From Waterburya sp. (GTDB lineage Bacteria > Cyanobacteriota > Cyanobacteriia > Cyanobacteriales > Xenococcaceae): a DNA stretch of 64,000 nt. The translations under genes and the position numbers were made by a program. The stretch covers positions 1,088,001 through 1,152,000 of the forward strand of contig CBDCJV010000002.1 of NCBI GenBank assembly GCA_965217895.1. The letters are read 5' to 3'. The notes under the pieces were generated by a model. The model was not told the DNA's origin. It saw only the letters and a program-made list of their open reading frames with translations, and ran no database searches. This document shows positions 1 through 10,140 of the stretch, piece after piece. Numbering within the stretch: the first letter of the stretch is position 1; every line of letters begins with the position of its first letter.

Positions 1-2262
1 GAAAAGATCAATCTCAAACTCAGAGGGATGAGTTGTGCTTCTTGTGCCAGCAGTATCGAAGAAGCGATTAATAATGTGCCTGGAGTGGCGGAATGTAACG
101 TCAACTTTGGTGTCCAACAAGCTGCAATTAAATATAATCCCAGTCAAACCAGCATTGAAGACATTCAAGAGGCAGTAGAAGAGGCAGGATACTCGGCTTA
201 TTCTCTCCAGGAACAAGAGATGGTTACGGGAGAAGACGATCGCGAACAAGCAGCACGTAAAGCCGAATCTCGCGATTTGATTCGTAAAATGATTGTTGGT
301 GGCGTAATTAGCGTCATTTTAATTATTGGTTCTTTACCAATGATGCTGAGATTGAATTCACCTTTTATCCCTGCATGGTTGCACAACCCCTGGCTACAGT
401 TAATTCTAACTGCGCCAGTACAGTTTTGGTGTGGCTACAGGTTTTATGTCGGTGCGTGGAAATCCTTTAAGCGTCATGCTGCAACGATGGATACTCTAAT
501 TGCTTTGGGTACGAGTGCAGCATATTTCTATTCGTTATTCGCTACCATCTTTCCTGGTTTCTTTCTCAGCCAAGGCTTGATGCCAGAAGTTTACTACGAA
601 ACCGCAGCCGTAGTTATCACTTTAATTTTACTAGGGCAGTGGTTTGAGAATCGGGCAAAGGGACAAACCTCAGATGCCATTCGTAAAATGATGGGTTTAC
701 AGGCAAAAGATGCCAGGGTAATTCGTAACGGAAGAGAAATAGATGTTCCCGTTAATGAAGTACAAATTGACGACATCATCTTAGTTCGCCCTGGAGAAAA
801 GATTCCTGTAGACGGGGAAATCATTAGCGGTAATTCCACTATTGATGAAGCGATGGTAACGGGAGAAAGTATTCCCGTTAAAAAGCAAGCAGGGGATGAA
901 GTTATTGGTGCAACTATTAACAAGACAGGTAGTTTTAAATTTAAGGCTACCAGAGTTGGTACGGACACAGTATTAGCGCAGATCGTTCAACTGGTGCAGG
1001 ATGCCCAAGGTTCAAAAGCACCTATACAAAGATTAGCTGACCAAGTAACGGGCTGGTTTGTACCCGTGGTAATTGCGATCGCCATTGCTACTTTTGTCAT
1101 CTGGTTTATTATTATGGGCAATGTGTCTCTGGCTTTGATTACAACAGTTGGGGTGTTAATTATTGCCTGTCCCTGTGCATTAGGTTTGGCTACTCCCACT
1201 TCCGTCATGGTAGGTACTGGTAAAGGTGCAGAAAACGGAATTTTAATTAAAGATGCAGAGAGTTTAGAATTGGCTCATAAACTGCAAACTATTGTCCTCG
1301 ATAAAACTGGCACGATTACGGTCGGAAAACCCACTGTTACCGATTACAATACCGTTAGAAATGTTAGCGATCGCGCAGAATTAAAATTATTACGCTTAGT
1401 CGCAGCAGTCGAACGTAATTCCGAACATCCTTTAGCCGAGGCGGTAGTAAGATACGCCCAGTCACAGGATATTGAACTACCAGAAAGCAATGATTTTGAA
1501 GCAGTAGCAGGTAGCGGAGTACAAGGAACTGTTTCAAATCGCTTAGTACAAATTGGTACTCAACGCTGGATGTCTGAGTTGGGGATCGAAACCGATACTT
1601 TACAACAACAAAAAGACATTTGGGAAGCTGAAGCCAAAACCGTAGTGCTAATTGCCGTAGATGGCGAACTAGAGGGTATTATGGGTATTGCCGATGCGGT
1701 CAAACCTTCTTCCACCGCAGCCGTCAGGGCATTACGTAACTTAGATTTAGAAGTAGTAATGCTGACAGGAGATAATCAAAAAACAGCAGAAGCGATCGCC
1801 CGTCAAGTGGGTGTAGTGAGAGTAGAAGCCGAAGTACGCCCCGACCAAAAAGCAGCCAAGATAAGGGAACTACAGCAGGAAGGTAAAACCGTTGCAATGG
1901 TAGGAGACGGTATTAATGATGCCCCTGCACTAGCTCAAGCGGATGTAGGAATTGCCATTGGTACGGGAACGGATGTGGCGATCGCAGCTAGTGATATTAC
2001 GCTCATTTCGGGAGAGTTACAGGGTATTGTTACGGCAATTGAGTTGAGTAAAGCAACTATGAATAATATTCGTCAAAATCTCTTTTTTGCTTTTATTTAT
2101 AACGTCATTGGTATTCCCATTGCAGCAGGGATCTTGTTTCCTTTGTTTAGCTGGTTGCTCAATCCAATTATTGCAGGAGGGGCGATGGCGTTTAGTTCGG
2201 TTTCGGTCGTAACTAATGCTTTGCGATTACGTAATTTTAGTCCATCAAAATCCAGAATTTAA
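1..2262 (+). CDS. Copper-translocating P1B-type ATPase (CopA/PacS-like); start lies just upstream of the window
   Basis: Frame is open from base 1 ([18 protein letters not shown] motif). Also [29 protein letters not shown] and MAFSS motifs. Confidence 0.95.
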   Translation, partial: EKINLKLRGMSCASCASSIEEAINNVPGVAECNVNFGVQQAAIKYNPSQTSIEDIQEAVEEAGYSAYSLQEQEMVTGEDDREQAARKAESRDLIRKMIVGGVISVILIIGSLPMMLRLNSPFIPAWLHNPWLQLILTAPVQFWCGYRFYVGAWKSFKRHAATMDTLIALGTSAAYFYSLFATIFPGFFLSQGLMPEVYYETAAVVITLILLGQWFENRAKGQTSDAIRKMMGLQAKDARVIRNGREIDVPVNEVQIDDIILVRPGEKIPVDGEIISGNSTIDEAMVTGESIPVKKQAGDEVIGATINKTGSFKFKATRVGTDTVLAQIVQLVQDAQGSKAPIQRLADQVTGWFVPVVIAIAIATFVIWFIIMGNVSLALITTVGVLIIACPCALGLATPTSVMVGTGKGAENGILIKDAESLELAHKLQTIVLDKTGTITVGKPTVTDYNTVRNVSDRAELKLLRLVAAVERNSEHPLAEAVVRYAQSQDIELPESNDFEAVAGSGVQGTVSNRLVQIGTQRWMSELGIETDTLQQQKDIWEAEAKTVVLIAVDGELEGIMGIADAVKPSSTAAVRALRNLDLEVVMLTGDNQKTAEAIARQVGVVRVEAEVRPDQKAAKIRELQQEGKTVAMVGDGINDAPALAQADVGIAIGTGTDVAIAASDITLISGELQGIVTAIELSKATMNNIRQNLFFAFIYNVIGIPIAAGILFPLFSWLLNPIIAGGAMAFSSVSVVTNALRLRNFSPSKSRI

Positions 2263-2283
2263 GCAAGAATGAAATAATTTATC

Positions 2284-2832
2284 ATGTTGAATAAAAGCAA
2301 AATTATTAGCAGTTTAGCAGGGTTAGGATTTTTGTTGGCTTTAACTCCTAACATTACGCTTGCACAAAAGGTAGAAATGCCCGCTTCGGCGGGTGAACAA
2401 ACTAGCCAATTTCAGAAGCTCGAACAGCCTTTAAGCTTAAAGTTTGCCGTTGCTGTAGGTGGTTTGGGCTTAATAGGTGCAGAACTTTGGTGGTTTATGT
2501 TTAGTAAAAATAAATCCCAAAAAGCCCAGGTTAAACAGGGAATTCAAGAGGTAGATATTGTGGTAGACGGTGGCTATATACCAGATAGAATCGAAGTAAC
2601 TGCTGGCGAACCTGTTAGATTAAACTTTTATCGTCAAGATCCAAGTAGCTGTTTAGAACAGGTATTATTGCCTGACTTTAATAAGGCTCTTGATTTAACT
2701 TTGAACCAAACTACTTCAGTCGAAATCGTGCCAGAAAAACCAGGAGAGTTCACCTTTACCTGTGGGATGAATATGTATCGAGGAATAATTACCGCAAAAA
2801 TTGCCAATTCTGATATACAGAAAATATTATAG
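2284..2832 (+). CDS. Cupredoxin domain-containing membrane protein, partner of the Cu-ATPase
   Basis: N-terminal hydrophobic segments, VDGGYxPxxI and FTCGMNMYRG motifs; directly downstream of the ATPase. Confidence 0.85.
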   Translation: MLNKSKIISSLAGLGFLLALTPNITLAQKVEMPASAGEQTSQFQKLEQPLSLKFAVAVGGLGLIGAELWWFMFSKNKSQKAQVKQGIQEVDIVVDGGYIPDRIEVTAGEPVRLNFYRQDPSSCLEQVLLPDFNKALDLTLNQTTSVEIVPEKPGEFTFTCGMNMYRGIITAKIANSDIQKIL

Positions 2833-3781
2833 TCAGCGATTACTTCACCATGGGCGTTAACAGCTTGGGCAAATGCTTGACAATAAAAGCGTAGGTTAAT
2901 ACACAATGGAATATACTGACAAAGTAGATTCCATGGAAAGAACACGCGAAACACATTCGCGCTGCTATTAACATTAGATTAATAGTAAAATATTTATCAT
3001 CTTCTTTGAGACAATTGATATAAATTATATTTATCTATAAATCTAAAAATATACGTATTATATCTGTGATTTAATTTAAAATTTATAGAATATAAAACTA
3101 TTTTACGTGATTCATTTACTCTCTACTTCAGTAATATTCTGACAAGCAGTCGCGATCGCCTGTGAAATTGCTAAACCTAATGCCGAACCGAGCGTCTCTC
3201 TAGAGCGAGCGTAATTAAATGGTAACAACCACTAAATCTAAAAGTATTAATTATATTACTGTTCTTAGATAATACTTTTTAGGTATTTATTCTTGTCTAA
3301 CGCAAGTCCTTAAATCCTTATAAAACCAAACTTTTGTCTCTACGAATACTAATTGTGCCAAAGTGTAACCTATATTACATTTTGACTTATCTTCATGCTT
3401 AACTTCCTTAAATTCACTGGTGAAAATCCGCCTAAAGTAGGATGCTTTACATAGCTCAAAACAACAATACACTTTTGTAAAAGCGAGTAATCTCATCTAT
3501 TTCTTTTGCAAGTTTGTTGAAGCATTCTTAAGTCATATCAATTGAATTATAGGTAAGGTTGTAATATCTTAACCTTTACTTCGACTGCTATAAATAAATT
3601 TATGTAATGCTGAAACTAAATGCTAATGAAACCAAGCAACATATAAATTTATAGATTATTTGTCATATTTTAAAGTTAATTGATTTGACAGTATGTTGTC
3701 CTTGAATATAGTTTGTTATGCTCTTGCTTTTATTTACACACAAAGAATTTAAACCTTAAATCCAAACGAAATATCTCGCCT

Positions 3782-4792
3782 ATGTCTTTTTCAATGATCG
3801 GAACTCAACGTTCGGGTTCTAATTTGCTGCGCCTAATGCTTAACCAAGTAGATAATGTCGCTGCTCCTCATCCTCCCCATATACTACAACGAATGATGCC
3901 TCTAGTCCCTCACTATGGAGATTTGAGCAATAAAGATTCTTTTTATATGCTGGTTGACGATGTGTGTCGTCTTGTAGAATTAAATCCTGTAACCTGGGAT
4001 GGGGTAATATTAGATAGAGCCAACGTGGCATCTCGTTGTCGAGAACAGTCTTTGATCGCAGTCTTCTTTGCAGTCTACGATGTTTTGGCAGAAACCTGGG
4101 GAGCAAAGCACTGGTGCTGTAAAAGTCTGGCTAATGTTTTTTACCTGCCAGAAATTAATGCCTATAGTCAAGATGCCAAGTTTATCTACCTGTATCGAGA
4201 TGGTAGAGATGTTGCCCTATCTTTTCAAAAAGCGGTAGTTGGGGAAAAGCATATCTATCATATTGCTCAGGGATGGGCAAACGCTCAACGTCGAGCTTTA
4301 CAGATGCGCAGCATTTTAGGTGAAGAGCGTTTTTACAGCATTAGCTATGAGCAACTAGTTGCCGATCCTGAATCTAGTCTGGAAGGTTTATGTGGATTTA
4401 TGGGCGAAAAATATACTCCTGAAATGCTGAATTTTCATCAATCCAACGAAGCCACCAATGCTGCTGCTTCCAGCTCTTTATGGGAAAATGTTACCAAGCC
4501 CATCATGAAGGAAAATATTAAAAAATTTCTCCAACAGTCTACAGATGAAGAGATTATGATCTTTGAACTAGTAGCTGGGGATGTTTTAGATGCTCTTGGT
4601 TATGAGCGAGTTAAAATCGCTTCAGGTAACGAAGCAGCGTTTAGCGATATTGCCATCAAGCAGTTTGATGAAATGAATCAGCACCTCAAGCAGGAAAAAA
4701 GAAAGGAAATGGATCCAGAAGATCTCGAAAGACGCGATCGCCAGGCTAGTTTATTAAAGGAAATTCAAGGTCGTAAATTAGTATCTGTCTAA
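3782..4792 (+). CDS. Sulfotransferase family protein
   Basis: IGTQRSGSNLLR (5'-PSB-like loop), YLYRDGRDVALS (3'-PB) and YEQLVADPE motifs. ATG at 3782 preferred over the upstream TTG. Confidence 0.85.
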   Translation: MSFSMIGTQRSGSNLLRLMLNQVDNVAAPHPPHILQRMMPLVPHYGDLSNKDSFYMLVDDVCRLVELNPVTWDGVILDRANVASRCREQSLIAVFFAVYDVLAETWGAKHWCCKSLANVFYLPEINAYSQDAKFIYLYRDGRDVALSFQKAVVGEKHIYHIAQGWANAQRRALQMRSILGEERFYSISYEQLVADPESSLEGLCGFMGEKYTPEMLNFHQSNEATNAAASSSLWENVTKPIMKENIKKFLQQSTDEEIMIFELVAGDVLDALGYERVKIASGNEAAFSDIAIKQFDEMNQHLKQEKRKEMDPEDLERRDRQASLLKEIQGRKLVSV

Positions 4793-4806
4793 TTTATGTA
4801 TGCAGT

Positions 4807-4853
4807 AGGCAGTAAGATATAAGCTCTATAAATATTCTTATATCTTACTGTCT
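4807..4853. terminator. Long stem-loop between the sulfotransferase and chrA genes (terminator or processing/stability hairpin)
   Basis: GGCAGTAAGATATAAG pairs with CTTATATCTTACTGTC; no clear U-tail. Confidence 0.45.
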
Positions 4854-4936
4854 GCGCTTGTTGCCAAATATCTATAAGCTAATTTTAAATTTGCTTGTAA
4901 GTTTAATCTCTAAAATGCCTAATCTTATCAAAAAGC

Positions 4937-6169
4937 ATGATTGAAAAAGTAGATTTTGAATCCTCTAAATCTCCCCTAAATTCCTCTGCGGTATCCTTAC
5001 CTTATTTATTTGGGAATTTTCTCAAAATTGGTAGTACAGCCTTTGGCGGCTTTATGGCTTTGGTTTCCGTCATCGAAAACATTATGGTGGACAAACGGCA
5101 ACTTCTAACCCATGAAGATATGCTTGATGGGATATCTTTAGCCAGCGTTTTGCCAGGGCCAGTAGCTGCTAACGTGGTAGCTTATGTTGGTTATCGTCTG
5201 CGAGGCGGTATTGGTGCGTTGATTGCAGCTACAGCCGTATTATTGCCTTCTTTTATTTTAGTAGTAGCCTTAACTATATTCTATTTACAGGCAGGAGAAA
5301 TACCTGCTGTTAATAAGGTGTTTGCTGGATTTATTCCTGCGGTAGTAGCAATTATTATCGGTGCCGCAACTCGCATGAGTAAAAAAGCAATTAAAGGCTG
5401 GCGTGAAGTAAGCATCGCTGCCGTTGCTGCTATTTTGCTGAAAACAATTGGTGGATTTTATATTACCCTAATTGTTATTTTGGGGGCAGGATTGGTCGGT
5501 TGGCTTTGCTATCAGGGCAGGGTAAGGAAAACTTTAGCTGCCAATCCCTTACCTCAACAATCTGAGCCTTTAAATATTAAAAGTATAGCTATTCCCCTGG
5601 TTATCTTGGCAGTAATTTTGCTATTTTCTTTGCTACCTTTACCTTTGGGGTCAGATAGCCTAGCTAAAATATTTGCTACTTTTGCGGGGATGAGCTTAAT
5701 GCTCTTTGGAGGGGGTTATGTCTTCATTCCCATGATCCAGGAAGTAGTAGTTAACAACTATCACTGGGTCACTCAAAGCCAGTTCAGTAATGCGATCGCC
5801 ATGGGGCAAATTACTCCCGGACCGATCTTAATTAGTGCAGCATTTATTGGCTATGTAGTCAAAGGAATTGTCGGCGCAGCCGTAGCAACCGTAGCTATCT
5901 TTGCACCTCCTGCCTTGCTGATGGTAACCATGTCTCATTTATTAGATCAGATTAAAAATTCGGTGGTGATCCAGGCGGCTTTAAAAGGTATTCGTCCTGC
6001 TGTAATTGGCATGATTTTTACGGCGGCGATCGTTGTTGCTCAAACTGCACAAATACATTGGGCTAGTTTACTTATTTTTGCTGCATCCCTATTCGCCATT
6101 TGGAAATTACGCCTGGAAGTAGTTTTAATTATTCCTCTGGCAGGATTGGTTGGCTTGTTCCTTTACTAA
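4937..6169 (+). CDS. chrA: Chromate ion transporter (CHR family, long form)
   Basis: Two repeats of the CHR signature (FGG...PGP): AFGGFMAL...LPGP and LFGGGYVFIP...ITPGP. Confidence 0.9.
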   Translation: MIEKVDFESSKSPLNSSAVSLPYLFGNFLKIGSTAFGGFMALVSVIENIMVDKRQLLTHEDMLDGISLASVLPGPVAANVVAYVGYRLRGGIGALIAATAVLLPSFILVVALTIFYLQAGEIPAVNKVFAGFIPAVVAIIIGAATRMSKKAIKGWREVSIAAVAAILLKTIGGFYITLIVILGAGLVGWLCYQGRVRKTLAANPLPQQSEPLNIKSIAIPLVILAVILLFSLLPLPLGSDSLAKIFATFAGMSLMLFGGGYVFIPMIQEVVVNNYHWVTQSQFSNAIAMGQITPGPILISAAFIGYVVKGIVGAAVATVAIFAPPALLMVTMSHLLDQIKNSVVIQAALKGIRPAVIGMIFTAAIVVAQTAQIHWASLLIFAASLFAIWKLRLEVVLIIPLAGLVGLFLY

Positions 6170-6384
6170 ATGCTTGGTGGTTATTAGTATTTAAAAGAAT
6201 AGATAATATCGTGACTAATCCTGCACTACCTATTCTGCCAAAATCTTAATATTCATATTTTTCTAGCATTAGTAAAGATTTATCAGCAACGGATTGAATC
6301 AGCATACAACTCAGATAAATTGCCCACCCTAGCAGAATATTATTAGCTAATAGTAAAATGTGCTGGTTAAGAGATTAGAAAACA

Positions 6385-6471
6385 ATGATGACTAGTAACG
6401 AACTCGATTGGTTAGCAGTATGTGGTTATCTCGGAGTGACACTGTTGGTAATATGGCGCATTTTTAAGTAA
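6385..6471 (+). CDS. Putative 28-aa single-transmembrane small protein (MMTSNELDWLAVCGYLGVTLLVIWRIFK)
   Basis: ATG..TAA ORF below the ORF-track cutoff; hydrophobic core followed by basic residues; no strong RBS. Confidence 0.4.
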   Translation: MMTSNELDWLAVCGYLGVTLLVIWRIFK

Positions 6472-6586
6472 TAAATAGTGTTTTAAATCGCTGGGAAATC
6501 TGTTTTCTTTGCAAAAAACAAAAAGTAAAGTACTCTGATTGTGAATTAGAGATAGTTTTAGACTAAATTTCCTGATTACTGAATAT

Positions 6587-7552
6587 ATGAAACGGATTTT
6601 TATTACTGGCGCAAGTGGTTGTATTGGTCACTACATTAGCGAAGCGTTAATTCAAAATACTAACCACGAACTATATTTGCTAGTCAGAAATCCTGATAAG
6701 CTTCAGTTTGATTATCAAGCTCGTTCAGGAATTCATATTCTCCAGGGAGATATGTGTCGTATTGAAGATTATAGCGACTTGCTGCTTAAAGATATTAACG
6801 TGGCAATTTTGGCTGCGACTGCATGGGGAGGAAAAGGCGAGACTTACGATATTAACGTAGTTAAAACTTTGGAGTTGATTAATCTGCTCAATCCCAAAGT
6901 TTGTGAGCGAGTTATTTATTTTTCTACAGCTAGCATATTAGACCAAAATAACCAGTTGTTATTACAAGCCAATCAATTTGGTCATGATTATATTCGTACT
7001 AAGTATCAATGTTTTGCTCAACTTTCTCAACAAGCGATCGCTGATAAGATTATCACCGTCTTTCCCACTCTAGTTTTTGGAGGCGAAAAAGACAAACCTT
7101 ATTCTCATTTGAGCGCAGGTATTACCGACGTAACTAGATGGATTGGCTTGATTCGCTGGTTTAGCGTCGATGGTAGCTTTCATTTTATCCATGCCAAGGA
7201 TATAGCTGGAGTAATCAGCTATTTAGTTGAGCATCCTGAATTTTATCCGTCACGAAAAAAAGAAAATAGAGAAGTAGACTGCCTGGTAATCGGTAATCCA
7301 GCCATCACCGTAGATCGGGCGATCGCCGATATAGCTCAATATTTTAATAAAAGAACTTATATCCGCTTCCCTCTATACATTTGGCTAGCTAATATTTTTA
7401 TTCAAATTTTTCAGATTCAAATGGACACTTGGAGCCGTTTTTCCCTTGATTATCGCCACTTTACCTACACTAATCCCGTTACTCCCGCTAGCTTCGGTAT
7501 GACTAATTACTGCTCTACTGTAGAAGAATTAATGGCGGTTTCAGGGGTTTAG
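6587..7552 (+). CDS. NAD-dependent epimerase/dehydratase (SDR) family protein
   Basis: N-terminal TGASGCIG Rossmann motif and YxxxK (YIRTK). Confidence 0.8.
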   Translation: MKRIFITGASGCIGHYISEALIQNTNHELYLLVRNPDKLQFDYQARSGIHILQGDMCRIEDYSDLLLKDINVAILAATAWGGKGETYDINVVKTLELINLLNPKVCERVIYFSTASILDQNNQLLLQANQFGHDYIRTKYQCFAQLSQQAIADKIITVFPTLVFGGEKDKPYSHLSAGITDVTRWIGLIRWFSVDGSFHFIHAKDIAGVISYLVEHPEFYPSRKKENREVDCLVIGNPAITVDRAIADIAQYFNKRTYIRFPLYIWLANIFIQIFQIQMDTWSRFSLDYRHFTYTNPVTPASFGMTNYCSTVEELMAVSGV

Positions 7553-7683
7553 AGCATCAACTTTGAATTGATGAACAGAGACAGATGGAGAGGTGGAGGA
7601 GTAGAGGAGATGGAGAAGTATTATCTTTTACCCCAATTACCCAACTACCTCAATTACTCCTCAAAACAATTTTGACGGACTAG

Positions 7684-7782
7684 TATAGCCGTACAAAGTT
7701 AGATTAGGACAAGTTTGTTTGACTGCTCGTAAGTAACAAGTAACAAGTAACAAATGTCCTAATCTTAGTCCTTATTGCTATA
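7684..7782 (-). mobile_element. MITE-like ~100-bp repeat, copy A, with internal TTGTTAC x3
   Basis: TATAGC...AGATTAGGACA and TGTCCTAATCT...GCTATA inverted ends; homologous to 19093-19393, 53955-54052 and 11974-12065. Confidence 0.7.
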
Positions 7783-7843
7783 AATAGTAGGAATGACATC
7801 ACTAATATAAAACTATAGTTTTTTATGTGGACGGGATTGAAAA

Positions 7844-9538
7844 TTAGCTTACGGTTGAAGCCAAAAAATTATCGACTTGGGCAAGCTGATAATCTGGGAT
7901 GCAGTTATGCTCCATATAAAAGCGATATTCATCTTTGGCGCGATCGCATTGTTCTGTAGTCCAGTCACAGTACCTTTGCAGTATATTTGTAATTGTAGGC
8001 AATAAATTCATACCGTAATGACCATTCATTGCCAAAGTGGTACGACGACGCATAATATCTACTAAAGTATGGGCAAATTCTCTTTCGACAGCGTAGACTA
8101 TCTGAGCTTTAATATCTAAGACATTGGGACTTAAAGGCTCACCTAAATCAGGGTTGTCTTTAATTAAAGCCAAAACTTCTAAGGCTCTAGCACCATAAAT
8201 TGAAAATAAATGATAAATAGTATTAGCTGTCAAAGTTGAGTCATATTCTAGAATTGCCTGCTCAACCCGTGAATCGCTAGGCAGAATACACCCAGGCAAA
8301 GGCAGAGAATCGGTTTGACATGGCTTTGGCGATCGCTTTGTACGTTTGAGAATATCATCTACCATTTCTTCGCCGACGTTGCGATAGGTGGTTAACTTGC
8401 CACCAATCAGGGTAAGTAAGTTGTTAACGCCCTCTTTCTTATGATCGAAAATAATATGTTTACGGGTAATGCTACCTGGCTTTTTGCCCTCAGAGTTCGG
8501 TAGAGGACGGACTCCAGAATAAGTAAACTTGATATCATCTCGTCCCAAATTAGCGGTAGGAACAATGCTATTTGTTTCTCTCAACAAATAATCAATTTCT
8601 TCATCATTAGCTTTAATATTTTCGATGTCATCTTTATAAGGTATGTCCGTAGTGCCAATCAAATACATACCTAACCAAGGAACAATAAAGAAAGGACGAC
8701 CATCTGATTTTGCTTCCACGTATAAAGTCGAACCTGGCGCACCAGGAAAGGGATCTACGACAATATGACTTCCTTTTGTACTACCATTTTTCTGAGTATT
8801 ACCAATTGACTTTTTATTTCCCTCTTTACTACCCAATTGACAGACGCGATCGATCCAAGGTCCTGCGGTATTGATTACCATTGCGTTAGCACTACCCGAA
8901 ATGGTAAAGCTTTCTCCCGTCAGCTTATCTTTACAAACAACATCGGTGATACGGGAGTTTTTAAGCGGAAGCTCAGTAACTTCAACATAGTTAAATATGG
9001 TCGCCCCAGCATTTTGCGCCGAGATAATATTTTCCAAGCAAAGACGCTCTGCTAAAGTAACCTGTCCATCATAATATTGTGAACCACCTGCCAAATCATC
9101 ATCATCAAGAGAGCGAAATAGCTGTTTAAACTTTGCTTTGGGTAGCATTCGATGAACGGGTAAAGTCTTATCAAAGCTAAAAATATCGTAAAGAATCATC
9201 CCTGCCCAAATTTTCCAATAGGGACGAGAGCGATCGCGATAAATGGGTATAGTTAACTGAAGAGGAGTAACCAAATGCGGGGCGTTACGCAGCAACACTT
9301 CTCTTTCTTTTAAAGATTCTCTGACTAACGGAAATTCAAAATACTCTAGATAGCGTAAGCCACCGTGAATCAAGCGGGTAGACCAGCTAGAACTACCGCT
9401 AGCAAAATCATTCTTCTCCACCAAGATTGTTTTTAAACCCCGCAAAGCTGCATCTCTCGCCACACCTGCACCATTGATTCCGCCGCCAATAATAATTACG
9501 TCGTAGTCTGTTTGTTGAATTTGAGCAAAATCTCGCAT
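7844..9538 (-). CDS. glpD: FAD-dependent glycerol-3-phosphate dehydrogenase
   Basis: IIGGGINGAGVARDAALRG, STRLIHGGLRYLE, GVRPL and GGKLTTYR motifs. Confidence 0.95.
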   Translation of the reverse strand: MRDFAQIQQTDYDVIIIGGGINGAGVARDAALRGLKTILVEKNDFASGSSSWSTRLIHGGLRYLEYFEFPLVRESLKEREVLLRNAPHLVTPLQLTIPIYRDRSRPYWKIWAGMILYDIFSFDKTLPVHRMLPKAKFKQLFRSLDDDDLAGGSQYYDGQVTLAERLCLENIISAQNAGATIFNYVEVTELPLKNSRITDVVCKDKLTGESFTISGSANAMVINTAGPWIDRVCQLGSKEGNKKSIGNTQKNGSTKGSHIVVDPFPGAPGSTLYVEAKSDGRPFFIVPWLGMYLIGTTDIPYKDDIENIKANDEEIDYLLRETNSIVPTANLGRDDIKFTYSGVRPLPNSEGKKPGSITRKHIIFDHKKEGVNNLLTLIGGKLTTYRNVGEEMVDDILKRTKRSPKPCQTDSLPLPGCILPSDSRVEQAILEYDSTLTANTIYHLFSIYGARALEVLALIKDNPDLGEPLSPNVLDIKAQIVYAVEREFAHTLVDIMRRRTTLAMNGHYGMNLLPTITNILQRYCDWTTEQCDRAKDEYRFYMEHNCIPDYQLAQVDNFLASTVS

Positions 9539-9622
9539 AAAGCAGGTTCTATATAGTTCAATATTGTTAATTAATTACTTATAACTTAACTAAATTAGAA
9601 ATCAAATTCTACATAACATCTT

Positions 9623-10140
9623 TTGACTGCTCACCCGCATGAATGACGGGTGATTCTAGCTATTAGCTTTCAGCTATTAGCTTTTAGCTTTTGATTAAGA
9701 GCATTTATCATTCTAGAAACTTCATTTATCTTATCTGTTAGTAGCTGAGATTTGCTATTATCTAAATATCCTAAATCTCTGGCTATTAATATTTGACACT
9801 TAACTTCACAAGCGCTACCTTGTGCTATGTCTAGAAAACGACTAAATTCTTTATCCCCATTGCGTCCACAGCCCTCGGAAATATTAGATTCAATCGATAC
9901 AGATGCTCTTCTTATTTGATTGGTTAAACCGACCTTTTCATCGGTTGGAAAATCTTTAGTTATTTTGTATAAGTTAACAGTGAAATTATGTGCTTTTTGC
10001 CATACTTTGAGTTGCGTGAAGTCTTGCATTAAATTAAGTATTAACTATTAGTTAATATTGTATACAAAAGCTAAAAGCTAAAAGCTAAGAGCTAACGCAA
10101 AGTCACCTTAGAAGGATGAGGCTTTAAACCCAGAGCGACG
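9623..10140 (-). mobile_element. Putative non-autonomous IS200/IS605-derived element (left and right ends) carrying a four-helix-bundle passenger gene
   Basis: Minus strand begins TTAC|CGTCGCTCTGGGTTTAAAGCCTCATCCTTCTAAGGTGACTTT (left-end-like hairpin) and ends GAATCACCCGTCATTCATGCGGGTGAGCAGTCAA (right-end-like hairpin plus TCAA). No tnpA or tnpB. Confidence 0.6.
9670..10029 (-). CDS. Four helix bundle protein (23S rRNA intervening-sequence protein / Avd-like family)
   Basis: L.VWQKA, FP.DE..GLT.QIRRAS.SI.SNI.EG.GR and F.RFL.IA.GS..E signature. Confidence 0.92.
   Translation of the reverse strand: MQDFTQLKVWQKAHNFTVNLYKITKDFPTDEKVGLTNQIRRASVSIESNISEGCGRNGDKEFSRFLDIAQGSACEVKCQILIARDLGYLDNSKSQLLTDKINEVSRMINALNQKLKANS

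Noticed and set aside
2634..3496. Minus-strand ORFs 2634-2954 and 3287-3496
   Set aside because: The first overlaps the cupredoxin gene antisense; neither has recognisable motifs.
9670..10029. Diversity-generating retroelement, suggested by the Avd-like protein
   Set aside because: No reverse transcriptase and no TR/VR pair with adenine-specific mismatches were seen in the window.
9670..10029. 23S rRNA intervening sequence
   Set aside because: The flanks are not rRNA and there is no rRNA gene in the window.
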